Source of the DNA: Eubacteriales bacterium
Lineage (GTDB): Bacteria; Bacillota; Clostridia; Oscillospirales; CAG-272
NCBI GenBank assembly: GCA_045629745.1
Contig: JAZQRU010000013.1
Coordinates: 12,023-76,022 of the forward strand
DNA length: 64,000 bases
Direction: 5' to 3'
Shown here: piece by piece, positions 46,652-56,583 of the stretch
How the letters are laid out: the number at the start of each line of letters is the position of its first letter
Numbering within the stretch: the stretch's first letter is position 1
Translations under genes and position numbers: made by a program
Notes under the pieces: model-generated
What the model saw: the letters and a program-made list of their open reading frames with translations, nothing else
What the model was told of the DNA's origin: nothing
Database searches by the model: none

Positions 46652-47530
46652 ATGAAAATCAAGGATTTGTTAAACAAGGACACACTGTCCATTTCTTTCG
46701 AGGTTTTTCCTCCGAAAACGAATACGGCTTTTGAAAGCGTAAAGACAGCAACGGAAAAAATCGCAGCGTTGAAGCCTGCTTTTATGAGCGTCACCTACGG
46801 TGCCGGCGGCGGTACAAGTGAATACACGCTGGAAATTGCTAAAAATATTAAATCTTTTTATGACGTGCCCACTCTTGCGCATCTTACCTGCGTTTCTTCG
46901 ACCAAGGCTATGGTTAAGGAAAAAATCGAGGCTATAAGGGCTACGGGAATTCAAAACGTTATGGCACTTCGCGGTGACGTGCCTAAAGAGCGAAGCGGAG
47001 AGGACCGAAGCACGTGGGATTACCGATACGCAATAGACCTCGTTCGTGAGCTTGTCGAATCGGGATGCGATTTTTCGATAGGCGGTGCGTGTTATCCTGA
47101 GGTTCATCCCGAAAGTGAAAATCAAAAGGATGATATAAAATATCTTCGCGAAAAGGTTGATGCAGGCTGTGATTTTTTAACCACGCAGATGTTTTTTGAC
47201 AACAACCTTCTCTATAACTTCCTCTACAAAATTCGCGAGGCGGGTATAACCGTTCCCGTTATCCCAGGTATTATGCCGATAACCCGTGCAAACCAGCTTG
47301 AGCGGGCTATAAAGCTTTCCGGCTCGTTTATTCCTCAGCGCTTTAAATCTCTCGTCGATAAATTCGGACACGATTCTTTTGCAATGAAGCAGGCAGGTAT
47401 TGCTTACGCTACGGACCAAATAATTGACCTTTTCGCAAACGGAATCAAAAACGTTCACGTATATTCTATGAACTGTCCTGACGTCGCGGAAAAAATTATG
47501 GCAAATTTATCTTGTATTTTAGGAAAATGA
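46652..47530 (+). CDS. metF: methylenetetrahydrofolate reductase
   Basis: SFEVFPPKT, TYGAGG, LRGD and the typical ~290-aa length. Confidence 0.92.
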   Translation: MKIKDLLNKDTLSISFEVFPPKTNTAFESVKTATEKIAALKPAFMSVTYGAGGGTSEYTLEIAKNIKSFYDVPTLAHLTCVSSTKAMVKEKIEAIRATGIQNVMALRGDVPKERSGEDRSTWDYRYAIDLVRELVESGCDFSIGGACYPEVHPESENQKDDIKYLREKVDAGCDFLTTQMFFDNNLLYNFLYKIREAGITVPVIPGIMPITRANQLERAIKLSGSFIPQRFKSLVDKFGHDSFAMKQAGIAYATDQIIDLFANGIKNVHVYSMNCPDVAEKIMANLSCILGK

Positions 47531-48105
47531 CGGAGTATTTGAGTTTTGAGGCGCCTCCGGTTGATAGGCGCGAAATAATGCGATATGCTAAAGCAAAAGA
47601 CAGCGGCGATTTTTCCGAGCTTCTTGAAGAATGCATCGAGAAGTGCCGGGGCGTGTTAAATTATAATGTTGCTTTTTGTAATTTAAACTTTACGATACAA
47701 GACGATTTGTGCGACTTTGGAGAGTTTTCCGTAGCTTCGTCATCCTTGGCAAAGGCTTTGTCGGGCGCGGGGAAAGTCATTCTTTTTGTCGCAAGCGTCG
47801 GCCACGAAGTAGACAGGCTTATCGCAAAATATTCACGCACCTCTCCTCTTCGCGCACTGATGTTTAACGCAATTGGAACGGAACGTGTTGAAGCACTTGC
47901 GGAAAGCTTTGTAAATTGGCTAGAGAAAGAAAGCTCTTTAAAGGCTATTTCGCGATTTAGCGCAGGCTACGGAGATTTGCCGTTGGCGGTTCAAAAGAAC
48001 GTATTTTCACTTCTGCGCCCCGAGGTGCGTATGGGAGTTTTCCTTTCCGATAGCCTCATTATGTCACCCTCAAAATCCGTTACGGCTTTTGTAGGTCTTA
48101 AATAA
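47527..48105 (+). CDS. methionine synthase activation (reactivation) domain protein, stand-alone
   Basis: ATGA overlap with the metF stop. The RFSAGYGDLPL motif and overall pattern match the MetH C-terminal AdoMet-binding domain. Confidence 0.75.
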   Translation: MTEYLSFEAPPVDRREIMRYAKAKDSGDFSELLEECIEKCRGVLNYNVAFCNLNFTIQDDLCDFGEFSVASSSLAKALSGAGKVILFVASVGHEVDRLIAKYSRTSPLRALMFNAIGTERVEALAESFVNWLEKESSLKAISRFSAGYGDLPLAVQKNVFSLLRPEVRMGVFLSDSLIMSPSKSVTAFVGLK

Positions 48106-48138
48106 ATTTCTTCGGGCAAAAGCCCTTTTTGGAGTTTT

Positions 48139-50532
48139 ATGGATTTTAAAAGCTTTTTAAAAAACAGCATAGTTACGCTTGACGGCGGTATGGGCTCGCT
48201 TCTTCAGGAGCGTGGACTTCTTCCCGGCGAGCTCCCCGAAAGATGGAATATTTCTCACCGCGAGATTATTACGGAAATTCACAGGGAATATTTTGATGCC
48301 GGCGCAAACGTGGTGCTTGCCAATACCTTTGGCGCAAATAGCTTTAAGTTTTCCGACGGGGAGCTTGAGCTTATAATAAAATCTGCTCTTGAAAATGCAA
48401 GGGCGGCTCGCGAAGCTTCAAGTGCTTGTGGCGAAAAGTTTGTAGCGCTTGATATAGGACCTCTCGGGAAGCTTTTAAAACCGCTTGGTACTCTTGATTT
48501 TGAAGATGCAGTGACGGTATTCAAGAAAACCGTGTTGCTCGGTGTAAAGTACGGCGCAGATTTGGTTGCCATTGAAACTATGGGCGATACTTACGAAGCA
48601 AAGGCGGCTCTTCTTGCAGTTAAGGAAAGCTGTGAGCTTCCCGTTATAGTAAGCTTTGCTTTTGATTCTCACGGAAAGCTTTTAACTGGTGGAAGCCCCG
48701 AAGCCGTCGTTGCTTTGGCAGAGGGAATGGGAGTCGACGCGATAGGTGCAAATTGTTCGCTTGGTCCTGACGAGCTTATCCCCGTGATAAGCAAGCTTAT
48801 TTCCGTATCGAGCATTCCCGTTTTGGCAAAGCCGAATGCGGGCCTTCCTGTGCTTGAAGGGGGAAAAAGCGTTTATAAGGTTTCGTCCCGCGATTTTGCT
48901 TCTTATATTCAAAGGATGCTAAAAATGGGCGTTCGCCTTGTCGGCGGTTGTTGCGGAACGACGCCCCAGTTTATCTCTTCGGTAAATGAAATTTGTAAAA
49001 AAATGACACCCGTTCCCGTGATTTCTAAGGATTTGACGGTAATTTCCTCATACACTCACGCGGTTTATTTTGGAAAAGAGCCGATTCTGATAGGCGAGAG
49101 AATAAATCCCACGGGAAAGAAGTGCTTTAAAGAAGCTCTCATTTCACACGACCTTGATTATATTATTTCAGAGGGCTTAAGACAAGAAGAAAGCGGCGCT
49201 CACGTGCTTGACGTAAACGTAGGACTTCCCGAAATTGACGAAAACAAAATGCTTCTCGAGGCAATAAACGAGCTTCAGGGTGTGACATCTCTTCCGTTAT
49301 CCATCGACACGTCAAATCCTGACGCGATGGAAAGTGCTCTTCGCAGATATAACGGTAAAGCTCTTATAAATTCCGTTAACGGAAAAGCGGAGAGTATGGA
49401 AAAGATTTTTCCGCTAATGAAAAAATACGGCGGAGTTGCCATAGCATTAACGCTTGACGAAAACGGAATCCCAGAAACCGCAGAGAGCCGCGTAGCGATA
49501 GCCGAGAAAATAATCAAGCGCGCAGAGGAATACGGTATTTCAAAGAACGATTTGGTTTTTGACACCTTGACTCTCACCGTAGCCACGGATACGTGCGCTG
49601 CAAAAACGACGCTTGAAGCACTTTCGCGCATCAAAAACGAGCTTGGTTGCCATACCTCGCTCGGTGTGTCAAACGTATCCTTCGGTCTGCCGTCGCGTGA
49701 CGCAATAAACTCAAGCTTTTTCACTATGGCCTTGGCTTCGGGGCTTTCTGCCGCAATTATGAATCCGCATTCGCCCGAAATGATGAAAAGCTATTACAGC
49801 TTCAGGGCACTTGCGGGACTTGACGAGGATTTTTCGGAATATTTAAAGCGCGCAGACGGATTTGCCGTCGTTTCAACTCTAGCGGACAAGCCGCGTAGCG
49901 AAGAAAACGACAGCACACCCCTTCAAAACGCAATTATAAAGGGAATGAGGGAAAGAGCGAAATCCGTGACAGTGGAGCTTCTTAAAACCCGTGAGCCTCT
50001 TTCAATAGTGGAAAACGAGATTATCCCCGCCATAAATTTCGTCGGTGACGGATATGAGAAGCAAACTCTGTACCTGCCATCTCTTCTTACAAGCGCGGAA
50101 GCCGCGAAGGCTGCATTTGAAAAAATCAAAGAATTTATGTCAAAAAGTGACACGGGTACGGGAATAGGTGAAAAAATCGTGCTTGCAACTGTTGAAGGCG
50201 ATATACACGACATCGGCAAGAATATAGTAAAGCTTATTCTTGAAAATTACGGCTATACGGTGTTTGACCTCGGTAAAGACGTACCACCCCCTAAAATTCT
50301 TGAGGCGGTGAAAGAATACGACGCGCGTTTTGTCGGGCTTTCGGCTCTTATGACGACGACTGTTCCCGCAATGGAAAGAACGATAGCTCTTATGAGAGAA
50401 AAAGCCCCCGGCGTTAAGGTAATCGTTGGCGGTGCGGTTATGACGGAAGAAAGCTCTCTTAAAATCGGCGCAGACGGATACGCAAAGGATGCTATCTCCG
50501 CGGTAAAGATTTTGAAAGAACTTGCAGAATAA
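48139..50532 (+). CDS. metH: methionine synthase (Hcy-binding, pterin-binding and B12-binding domains; lacks activation domain)
   Basis: GGCCGTTP (Hcy domain), the pterin-binding barrel, and the DxHDIGKN B12-binding motif (GDIHDIGKNIV). Confidence 0.92.
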   Translation: MDFKSFLKNSIVTLDGGMGSLLQERGLLPGELPERWNISHREIITEIHREYFDAGANVVLANTFGANSFKFSDGELELIIKSALENARAAREASSACGEKFVALDIGPLGKLLKPLGTLDFEDAVTVFKKTVLLGVKYGADLVAIETMGDTYEAKAALLAVKESCELPVIVSFAFDSHGKLLTGGSPEAVVALAEGMGVDAIGANCSLGPDELIPVISKLISVSSIPVLAKPNAGLPVLEGGKSVYKVSSRDFASYIQRMLKMGVRLVGGCCGTTPQFISSVNEICKKMTPVPVISKDLTVISSYTHAVYFGKEPILIGERINPTGKKCFKEALISHDLDYIISEGLRQEESGAHVLDVNVGLPEIDENKMLLEAINELQGVTSLPLSIDTSNPDAMESALRRYNGKALINSVNGKAESMEKIFPLMKKYGGVAIALTLDENGIPETAESRVAIAEKIIKRAEEYGISKNDLVFDTLTLTVATDTCAAKTTLEALSRIKNELGCHTSLGVSNVSFGLPSRDAINSSFFTMALASGLSAAIMNPHSPEMMKSYYSFRALAGLDEDFSEYLKRADGFAVVSTLADKPRSEENDSTPLQNAIIKGMRERAKSVTVELLKTREPLSIVENEIIPAINFVGDGYEKQTLYLPSLLTSAEAAKAAFEKIKEFMSKSDTGTGIGEKIVLATVEGDIHDIGKNIVKLILENYGYTVFDLGKDVPPPKILEAVKEYDARFVGLSALMTTTVPAMERTIALMREKAPGVKVIVGGAVMTEESSLKIGADGYAKDAISAVKILKELAE

Positions 50533-50661
50533 ATACTTATATATAGAATACGAGTGGTTTGATATAATAAAATCAGCATTTATGGGTATGGTATCTGCAA
50601 TACAAAGGCGAAGCTTACGATACAACAAAACGATAATAAGAATTTGTCGGAGGTTATTCAT

Positions 50662-50940
50662 ATGAAAAAATCATTTGTGTGTAGCCTATGCCATAACGGC
50701 ATATTAGGCGGTGCTTTATATCTTGACAAAACTTCGGTTACCTACAAGACGAATAAACTCACAGTAGATAAAGCGTACAGGAATCTTGTATTACCTCTTG
50801 ATGAAATCGCAGAACTTACTTGGAAATGGGTTGTTTTCCCGATAGCAACTTTCCATATGAAGAACGGAGAAAAATATAAAATTCTTATGTTCAACAAATG
50901 GCGTTTCAAAAAATGGTATCAAGAGTATCGCGCACAATAA
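50662..50940 (+). CDS. small hypothetical protein, bacterial PH/GRAM-like (inference)
   Basis: ATG 50662 lies 8 nt after GGAGG. CSLCHNG N-terminus. The beta-rich pattern with a C-terminal basic helix resembles bPH domains. Confidence 0.5.
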   Translation: MKKSFVCSLCHNGILGGALYLDKTSVTYKTNKLTVDKAYRNLVLPLDEIAELTWKWVVFPIATFHMKNGEKYKILMFNKWRFKKWYQEYRAQ

Positions 50941-50978
50941 GAAATAAACAAATTCCAATTTATCGAACAAATAAAACG

Positions 50979-51017
50979 AACCCCGACAGGTTTCAAGGTC
51001 TGTCGGGGTTAATTATT
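50979..51017. terminator. bidirectional terminator
   Basis: AACCCCGACAG-loop-CTGTCGGGGTT. Confidence 0.75.
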
Positions 51018-51103
51018 TGATTACTGCGGAATAAATTTACACACTGCGAGCAAACATCCTTATGAGAAGCTTGCTTTTCTTTTCCATTTTTTATGTATGT
51101 TTA

Positions 51104-52351
51104 TTAGTCCTCGTAAAGAGGGTATTTCTTGCAAAGTGCCGCAACTCTTGCGCGAACTTCGTTGCATTTTTCGTCAAATGACTTAAGAGTCAATGCGATA
51201 AGCTTTGCAACCTCGATAGCGTCTTCTTCTTTGAAGCCTCGAGTTGTAATAGCCGCAGTTCCGACGCGGATACCGCTTGTAACGAAAGGCTTTTGAGTAT
51301 CAAATGGAATTGCGTTCTTATTTACAGTGATGCCAACCTCGTCAAGAAGATGCTCTGCTTCCTTACCCGTGTCAACTTTCATTCCCGTAAGGTCTACGAG
51401 CATAAGGTGGTTGTCCGTGCCGCCCGAAACGAGCTTGAAGCCCTCGGCAAGAAGCTGCTTTGCCATAGCGGCGCTATTCTTGATAATCTGTTCTGCGTAT
51501 GCGGTAAATTCGGGCTTAAGAGCTTCACCGAAGCAAACCGCTTTTGCGGTGATGGTGTGCATAAGAGGACCGCCCTGAGTGCCGGGGAAAATTGCCTTAT
51601 TGATAAGCTTTGCAATTTCCTCGTCGTTGGAAAGGATAAGACCGCCGCGAGGACCGCGAAGAGTTTTGTGCGTCGTGGTTGTAACGACGTCTGCGTAAGG
51701 AACGGGCGACGGATGCTTGCCTGCCGCAACAAGACCTGCGATATGCGCCATATCTACCATAAGATATGCGCCAACCTCTTTTGCAATAGCAGAGAATTTT
51801 TCAAAATCAATGATGCGCGGATAAGCGGAAGCGCCTGCAAGAATGAGCTTCGGCTTACATTCAAGAGCGAGTCTTCTTACTTCCTCATAGTCGATAACGT
51901 TCTCTTTTTCGGAAACACCGTAGGGAACTATGTTCCAATACTTACCGGACATATTAACTGGCGAGCCGTGACTTAAGTGTCCGCCGTGAGCGAGGTTCAT
52001 TGAAAGAACCGTGTCGCCCGGTGTGAGAAGCGCATAGAAAACCGCCATATTTGCCTGAGCGCCCGAGTGAGGCTGAACGTTTGCAAAGTTTGCACCGAAA
52101 AGCTTTTTTGCTCTCTCAATAGCAATGTTTTCAACTACGTCAACGTACTCACATCCGCCGTAATATCTTTTGGAAGGGTATCCCTCTGCGTACTTGTTGG
52201 TAAGGGTGGTGCTGTTGGCTTCCATAACGGTTTCGGAAACGAAGTTTTCAGAAGCAATAAGCTCTATCTTATTTCTCTGTCGTCCCGTTTCGTCCATAAC
52301 CGCAGCGAAAACCTCAGGGTCGTTCTGTTTTAAAAGATTGTACTCTTTCAT
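51104..52351 (-). CDS. glyA: serine hydroxymethyltransferase
   Basis: [26 protein letters not shown]-lysine motif, 415 aa. Confidence 0.97.
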   Translation of the reverse strand: MKEYNLLKQNDPEVFAAVMDETGRQRNKIELIASENFVSETVMEANSTTLTNKYAEGYPSKRYYGGCEYVDVVENIAIERAKKLFGANFANVQPHSGAQANMAVFYALLTPGDTVLSMNLAHGGHLSHGSPVNMSGKYWNIVPYGVSEKENVIDYEEVRRLALECKPKLILAGASAYPRIIDFEKFSAIAKEVGAYLMVDMAHIAGLVAAGKHPSPVPYADVVTTTTHKTLRGPRGGLILSNDEEIAKLINKAIFPGTQGGPLMHTITAKAVCFGEALKPEFTAYAEQIIKNSAAMAKQLLAEGFKLVSGGTDNHLMLVDLTGMKVDTGKEAEHLLDEVGITVNKNAIPFDTQKPFVTSGIRVGTAAITTRGFKEEDAIEVAKLIALTLKSFDEKCNEVRARVAALCKKYPLYED

Positions 52352-52388
52352 TCTTTTTCTCCTTTGAGATATATAGTTATTTTATTTT

Positions 52389-53339
52389 TTACGAGCAAAC
52401 TCTCTTGTCTCGTCCGACAAAGAGTAGTATTTCCGTATCCTGACCAACAAGACGGGAGAAAATTCTGTCCTCATACTTCGCCTGAAGCTCCTCGTCGGAA
52501 AGATTTGTGGAAATTACGGTTGAAAGGCCTCTGTTATATCTCGTGTTAAGAAGATTATATAGGCAGGAAACCGTAAACTGAGTTGTGAATTCCGCGCCGA
52601 GATCGTCAAGTATCAGAAGATCGGTTTCGAGATATTTGTCCGATTTGAATTCGCTTTCATCTCGTGGGCTTCTGAACTTGTCCGCTTCAAATGCGGAAAG
52701 TATGTTCTGGGTACTGTCGTAAAGAACGGAAAAGCCCTTTTCGATTACCGTTTTGGCAATAGCGGTTGAAAGATGCGTCTTACCCGTTCCCGTTTTTCCT
52801 ATAAGCAACAGGTTTTTGCCATTACCGGGGGCGAAATTTTCCGCAAAGCTTTTCGTTCTTTTAAAATTATATTCCATTCTGTCGCGTTCGTCGCCCTGAC
52901 AGTACCAGCTTATATCGAAATTTTCGAAGCTCTGCTTTTCGATAAGTCTTCCAATACCCGAAGCCTTAATGCTTTCTAGGCGAAGAAGCTCTTTCATACA
53001 CGAGCACATAGCACCGTCGAGCGTATAGCCGGAGTCGGAGCATATCTTACAGGTATATTGGGGGGCGGTATAATCCTCGGGAAAACCGAGTTTTTTTAAC
53101 ACGGCTCCGCGTCTTTCCATAAGTAATCCGTTTCTTTCGCGTATAGGTGTAATGTCCTTTCCCGAAACTGCCGTTTTGAATATGAGAAGCCCCGTTTTTT
53201 CAAGCTCGGCATCTATTTCTCTTATTTCGGGAGATTTTTCACGAAGAAGGGCCTCGCGTGCGTCAACCGTATTGCGCGCTTCGTCGCGCCTTCTCTGAAT
53301 TTCCTCTTTAACCTTGTTATATGTTTCTCTCGTATACAT
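52389..53339 (-). CDS. DnaI/DnaC-like helicase loader ATPase
   Basis: Walker A GKTGTGKTHL, Walker B LLILDDLG, and an N-terminal Cys cluster CKICSDSG...CSC. Confidence 0.8.
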   Translation of the reverse strand: MYTRETYNKVKEEIQRRRDEARNTVDAREALLREKSPEIREIDAELEKTGLLIFKTAVSGKDITPIRERNGLLMERRGAVLKKLGFPEDYTAPQYTCKICSDSGYTLDGAMCSCMKELLRLESIKASGIGRLIEKQSFENFDISWYCQGDERDRMEYNFKRTKSFAENFAPGNGKNLLLIGKTGTGKTHLSTAIAKTVIEKGFSVLYDSTQNILSAFEADKFRSPRDESEFKSDKYLETDLLILDDLGAEFTTQFTVSCLYNLLNTRYNRGLSTVISTNLSDEELQAKYEDRIFSRLVGQDTEILLFVGRDKRVCS

Positions 53340-53369
53340 AAATCAAAGCCTTTCTATGTAAACTTAAAT

Positions 53370-54320
53370 TTACTTTTTGCCATTTGTTCCATAGCTGCGT
53401 TCAAGAGCTCTTTTGAAAGCGTCTTTAACGTCAAAATCTCCGTAGCGAGGTTTTTCCTGAGTTTTTTTCGTGCTATCCTTTTTTTCTCTTTTCTTTGAAA
53501 AGTCAAATTTGATTTCTTCTGACTTCGTTTGACACTCTGAAACTGTTCTGCAACCTGCCTCATACCACGTGGTTAAAACTCTATCGATATAGCTGAGGTT
53601 TACTTTTGCGGTGTTATCAACACAGATGTTGTAAGCGTAGCTTACTATTTCCGTAAAATAGCCGTAATCCTTGCTCCATTTTGTGAGAAGCTCCTTTTCT
53701 CTTGGCGAAAGGTTTCTGCCACCGATGGAAAGAACGTTTTTGAGCTCTCTTATAATTCCGTTTTCGCTCTCGCAAATCTTAATATGCGTTTCAAGCGCTT
53801 CCGCCGTGTCGATTTCCTTGCCAGCGAGCTTAAGGGCCTCGTCTACAAGTCTTGGGGTTGTAAGCTTGTTTTTATCGGAAAGATGGGCGGCAAGAATGAG
53901 GATATATTCGTCGCTTAAAGCATATTGCGTTCTGAGAGCTGCAATTTTCTTTATTTCCGCGGAAGAAAGAACTGCCTTGTTCATAAGGCGCGCGCACTCG
54001 TCTATCAGATTTTTAAGCTCCAGGTCGCGTATATCGCCTGCAACCTTTTTGCTCGTTTCTTCTACGATTTCGCCGCGTCTTAGCCTTTCTTCAAACTCTT
54101 CCGTTATGCTCGGTGTGTCGGAATCCTCGAGAGCCCCGATTTCACGCCAGAATATCATAGCGGAGCTTGCGCGTGCGCGGGAGATACCGCAAATAACGGC
54201 GGCCTCATCGGCGGTGATGCTTTTATTTGCGAGAATCGCAAGAAGAACGCGAAGCTCTTCCCGTGAAGCCTCGAGAAACGCGGGGTTGTCTAAAAGCTTA
54301 AGAAGTTTATTATTCATCAT
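53370..54320 (-). CDS. DnaD-domain replication initiation protein (DnaB/DnaD-like)
   Basis: N-terminal winged-helix-like region and a DnaD C-terminal-type segment (YIDRVLTTWYEAG). It is directly upstream of the DnaI-like gene. Confidence 0.65.
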   Translation of the reverse strand: MMNNKLLKLLDNPAFLEASREELRVLLAILANKSITADEAAVICGISRARASSAMIFWREIGALEDSDTPSITEEFEERLRRGEIVEETSKKVAGDIRDLELKNLIDECARLMNKAVLSSAEIKKIAALRTQYALSDEYILILAAHLSDKNKLTTPRLVDEALKLAGKEIDTAEALETHIKICESENGIIRELKNVLSIGGRNLSPREKELLTKWSKDYGYFTEIVSYAYNICVDNTAKVNLSYIDRVLTTWYEAGCRTVSECQTKSEEIKFDFSKKREKKDSTKKTQEKPRYGDFDVKDAFKRALERSYGTNGKK

Positions 54321-55011
54321 CGGAATTCTCCGCGCCGTTTGATTTTAATTCGTAGCAGAGCTTCATAAGCGAATCTCCGAGGTGTATATTTTCAACTATG
54401 ACGTCGGGAGAGTCTATTTTAAGCTCCATATTGGCAAAATTCCATATTCCGCGAATTCCGCCCTCTATCATAAGCTCGCTTACTTCGTAAGCGGCTTCTT
54501 TTGGAACGGTAAGAACTCCTATGGTTATACGTTCTCTTTTTGCAAAGTCGCAAAGCTCGCTTAAGTGATATACTGGTATTCCGTAAATTTTAGTGCCGAC
54601 AAGGTTTTCGTCAACGTCGAACATTGCAACTCTCTCAACACCGCGGCGCTCAAACATATGAGTTGCGGCGAGCGCTCTTCCGAGATTTCCTGCGCCAACT
54701 ATAACTGCGCGATAGCCCTCGGCAACACCGAGGAGCTCACTGATTTTTCCGTAGAGATATTTGACGTTATAGCCGTAGCCCTGCTGTCCGAAGCCACCGA
54801 AGCAATTAAGGTCCTGTCTTATCTGCGAGGCGGTAACGTTCATAATTTTTGAAAGAGCTGACGACGATATGCGAAGCGTGCCCTCGCGCAAAAGCTCTCC
54901 AAGATATCTGTGATACCTCGGAAGTCTTTTAATTACCGCGTTTGAAACCGCAGCTTTTGGCTCAGAAACTCTTTTGTCAAAGGTCCCGTGTAGTTTATAT
55001 ATACTTTCCAT
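54310..55011 (-). CDS. rex: redox-sensing transcriptional repressor Rex
   Basis: AVIKRLPRYHRYL, SSALSKIMNVTASQIRQDL and the GAGNLGRAL Rossmann motif. ATG 55011 is preferred (AGGAG about 7 nt upstream). Confidence 0.9.
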   Translation of the reverse strand: MESIYKLHGTFDKRVSEPKAAVSNAVIKRLPRYHRYLGELLREGTLRISSSALSKIMNVTASQIRQDLNCFGGFGQQGYGYNVKYLYGKISELLGVAEGYRAVIVGAGNLGRALAATHMFERRGVERVAMFDVDENLVGTKIYGIPVYHLSELCDFAKRERITIGVLTVPKEAAYEVSELMIEGGIRGIWNFANMELKIDSPDVIVENIHLGDSLMKLCYELKSNGAENSDDE

Positions 55012-55019
55012 TTTTCTCC

Positions 55020-56093
55020 TCACTGCGAATCAAGAGCGCTTGCATTAAGGCTTGCATCTGCGCGCTTGCCGCTTTCATATTCATAATATCCAGCCGCAGC
55101 TATCATTGCCGCATTGTCGCCGCAAAGACTTATCGGCGGAATAAATATTTTCACGTTTTTCTCTTTGGCAACTTCGGAAAGGCGGCGCCTCAGGTGCGAA
55201 TTTGCCGCGACACCGCCCGAAAGAGCTAAATCTAAACCGGGATTCATATCAATTGCCTGAGATATTTTTTTTGCGACGGCTTCCACTGCCTCGTAGGTAT
55301 ATCTTGCGGCAAAGAGCTCTCTCGGCAGCTCCTCGCCCTTTTGTTCGTACTTATGTAAAAGATTTATAGCGGCGGTTTTAAGCCCCGAGAACGAAAAATC
55401 GAGGCTTCCGTCTTGAAGTGCCGGAGAGGGAAGAGCCATCTCCTTGTTACGATATGCCGAGCTTTTTTTGTAAGCCTTGTAAAAGCTCTCGTCAAGCTCA
55501 GTTGCTTTTTTGAAGCCCTCTTGGCTAAGCTCGTCAAATCCGCGTCCCGCAGGGTAGGGAATGCCTATAATTCTTCCGATTTTATCAAAAGATTCGCCTA
55601 TTGCATCATCTCTCGTTGAGCCTATGGTTTCAATCTCCGTATAGCTTTTTACCTTGTAAATAGAGGTATGCCCGCCCGAAACCGTGAGAGCTATAAAAGG
55701 AGGAGTCGGCTTTTTCTCTCCAAGGTAGCAAGCCGCAATATGCCCTTTGATGTGGTCAACCGCAACTAAGGGTATTTTTCTTGATACTGCAAGCCCTTTT
55801 GCAAAATTTACTCCAACGAGAAGTGCTCCTATAAGGCCGGGATTTGCCGTGACGGCAATAGCTTCTACGTCATCAAGAGGGGTTTTTGCTTCGTCAAGTG
55901 CTTCGTAAGTGATTTTGGATATTACCTCTGCGTGCGCTCGGCTTGCTATCTCGGGAACTACTCCTCCGTAAAGCCTGTGCGTTTCTATCTGCGAGGCAAC
56001 GATATTCGATTTTATTGTAAATTCGCCGTTTTCATAGCTTACAACGGCAACGCTCGTTTCATCGCAAGAGCTTTCAAAGGCAAGTAATATCAT
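55020..56093 (-). CDS. tsaD: tRNA N6-adenosine threonylcarbamoyltransferase TsaD
   Basis: ILAFESSCDETSVAVV, HIKGH, VSGGHT and GGVAAN motifs. Confidence 0.95.
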   Translation of the reverse strand: MILLAFESSCDETSVAVVSYENGEFTIKSNIVASQIETHRLYGGVVPEIASRAHAEVISKITYEALDEAKTPLDDVEAIAVTANPGLIGALLVGVNFAKGLAVSRKIPLVAVDHIKGHIAACYLGEKKPTPPFIALTVSGGHTSIYKVKSYTEIETIGSTRDDAIGESFDKIGRIIGIPYPAGRGFDELSQEGFKKATELDESFYKAYKKSSAYRNKEMALPSPALQDGSLDFSFSGLKTAAINLLHKYEQKGEELPRELFAARYTYEAVEAVAKKISQAIDMNPGLDLALSGGVAANSHLRRRLSEVAKEKNVKIFIPPISLCGDNAAMIAAAGYYEYESGKRADASLNASALDSQ

Positions 56094-56103
56094 AATTCTC
56101 CGT

Positions 56104-56553
56104 TTATATCGAAAAAGAGTCTGTTTTCATCATAATTACCGCATTATCGGGTGGATTTTTGTAGTAATCCTTTCGCACCCCTGCCTCTATAAATCCGTAA
56201 GACTTATAAAGGTTTCTTGCCGGTACGTTTTTTTCGCGGACTTCCAGGAATACAGTTTCAAGACCGTGGCCTTTTTCCGTTTTTAAAGCGTAATCAATAA
56301 GACGGTAAGCAATTCCGCGTCTTCTTGCGCTTGGCACGGTTGCCACTCTGTATATTTCCCCCTCGGGAGCAATAATTCTTCCTATAACGTAGGAAAGAAG
56401 CTCGCTATTGTCTGATTTTGCAACGTAGCACATAGCTCCGCTTGACGTTATCGTGGAGAGAATGTCTTTAACTGACCAGGGGTCGCTGAATATAAGCGTT
56501 TCGATTTCTGCTATCTTCGGCGCATCGTCGGGAATTGCCCGTCTTATCTGCAT
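56104..56553 (-). CDS. rimI: ribosomal-protein-alanine N-acetyltransferase (GNAT)
   Basis: 149 aa GNAT with the RRRGIA motif, adjacent to tsaD. Confidence 0.75.
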   Translation of the reverse strand: MQIRRAIPDDAPKIAEIETLIFSDPWSVKDILSTITSSGAMCYVAKSDNSELLSYVIGRIIAPEGEIYRVATVPSARRRGIAYRLIDYALKTEKGHGLETVFLEVREKNVPARNLYKSYGFIEAGVRKDYYKNPPDNAVIMMKTDSFSI

Positions 56554-56583
56554 AAAGTCCTCGTTCTGCCTTTCGGCTTAAAA

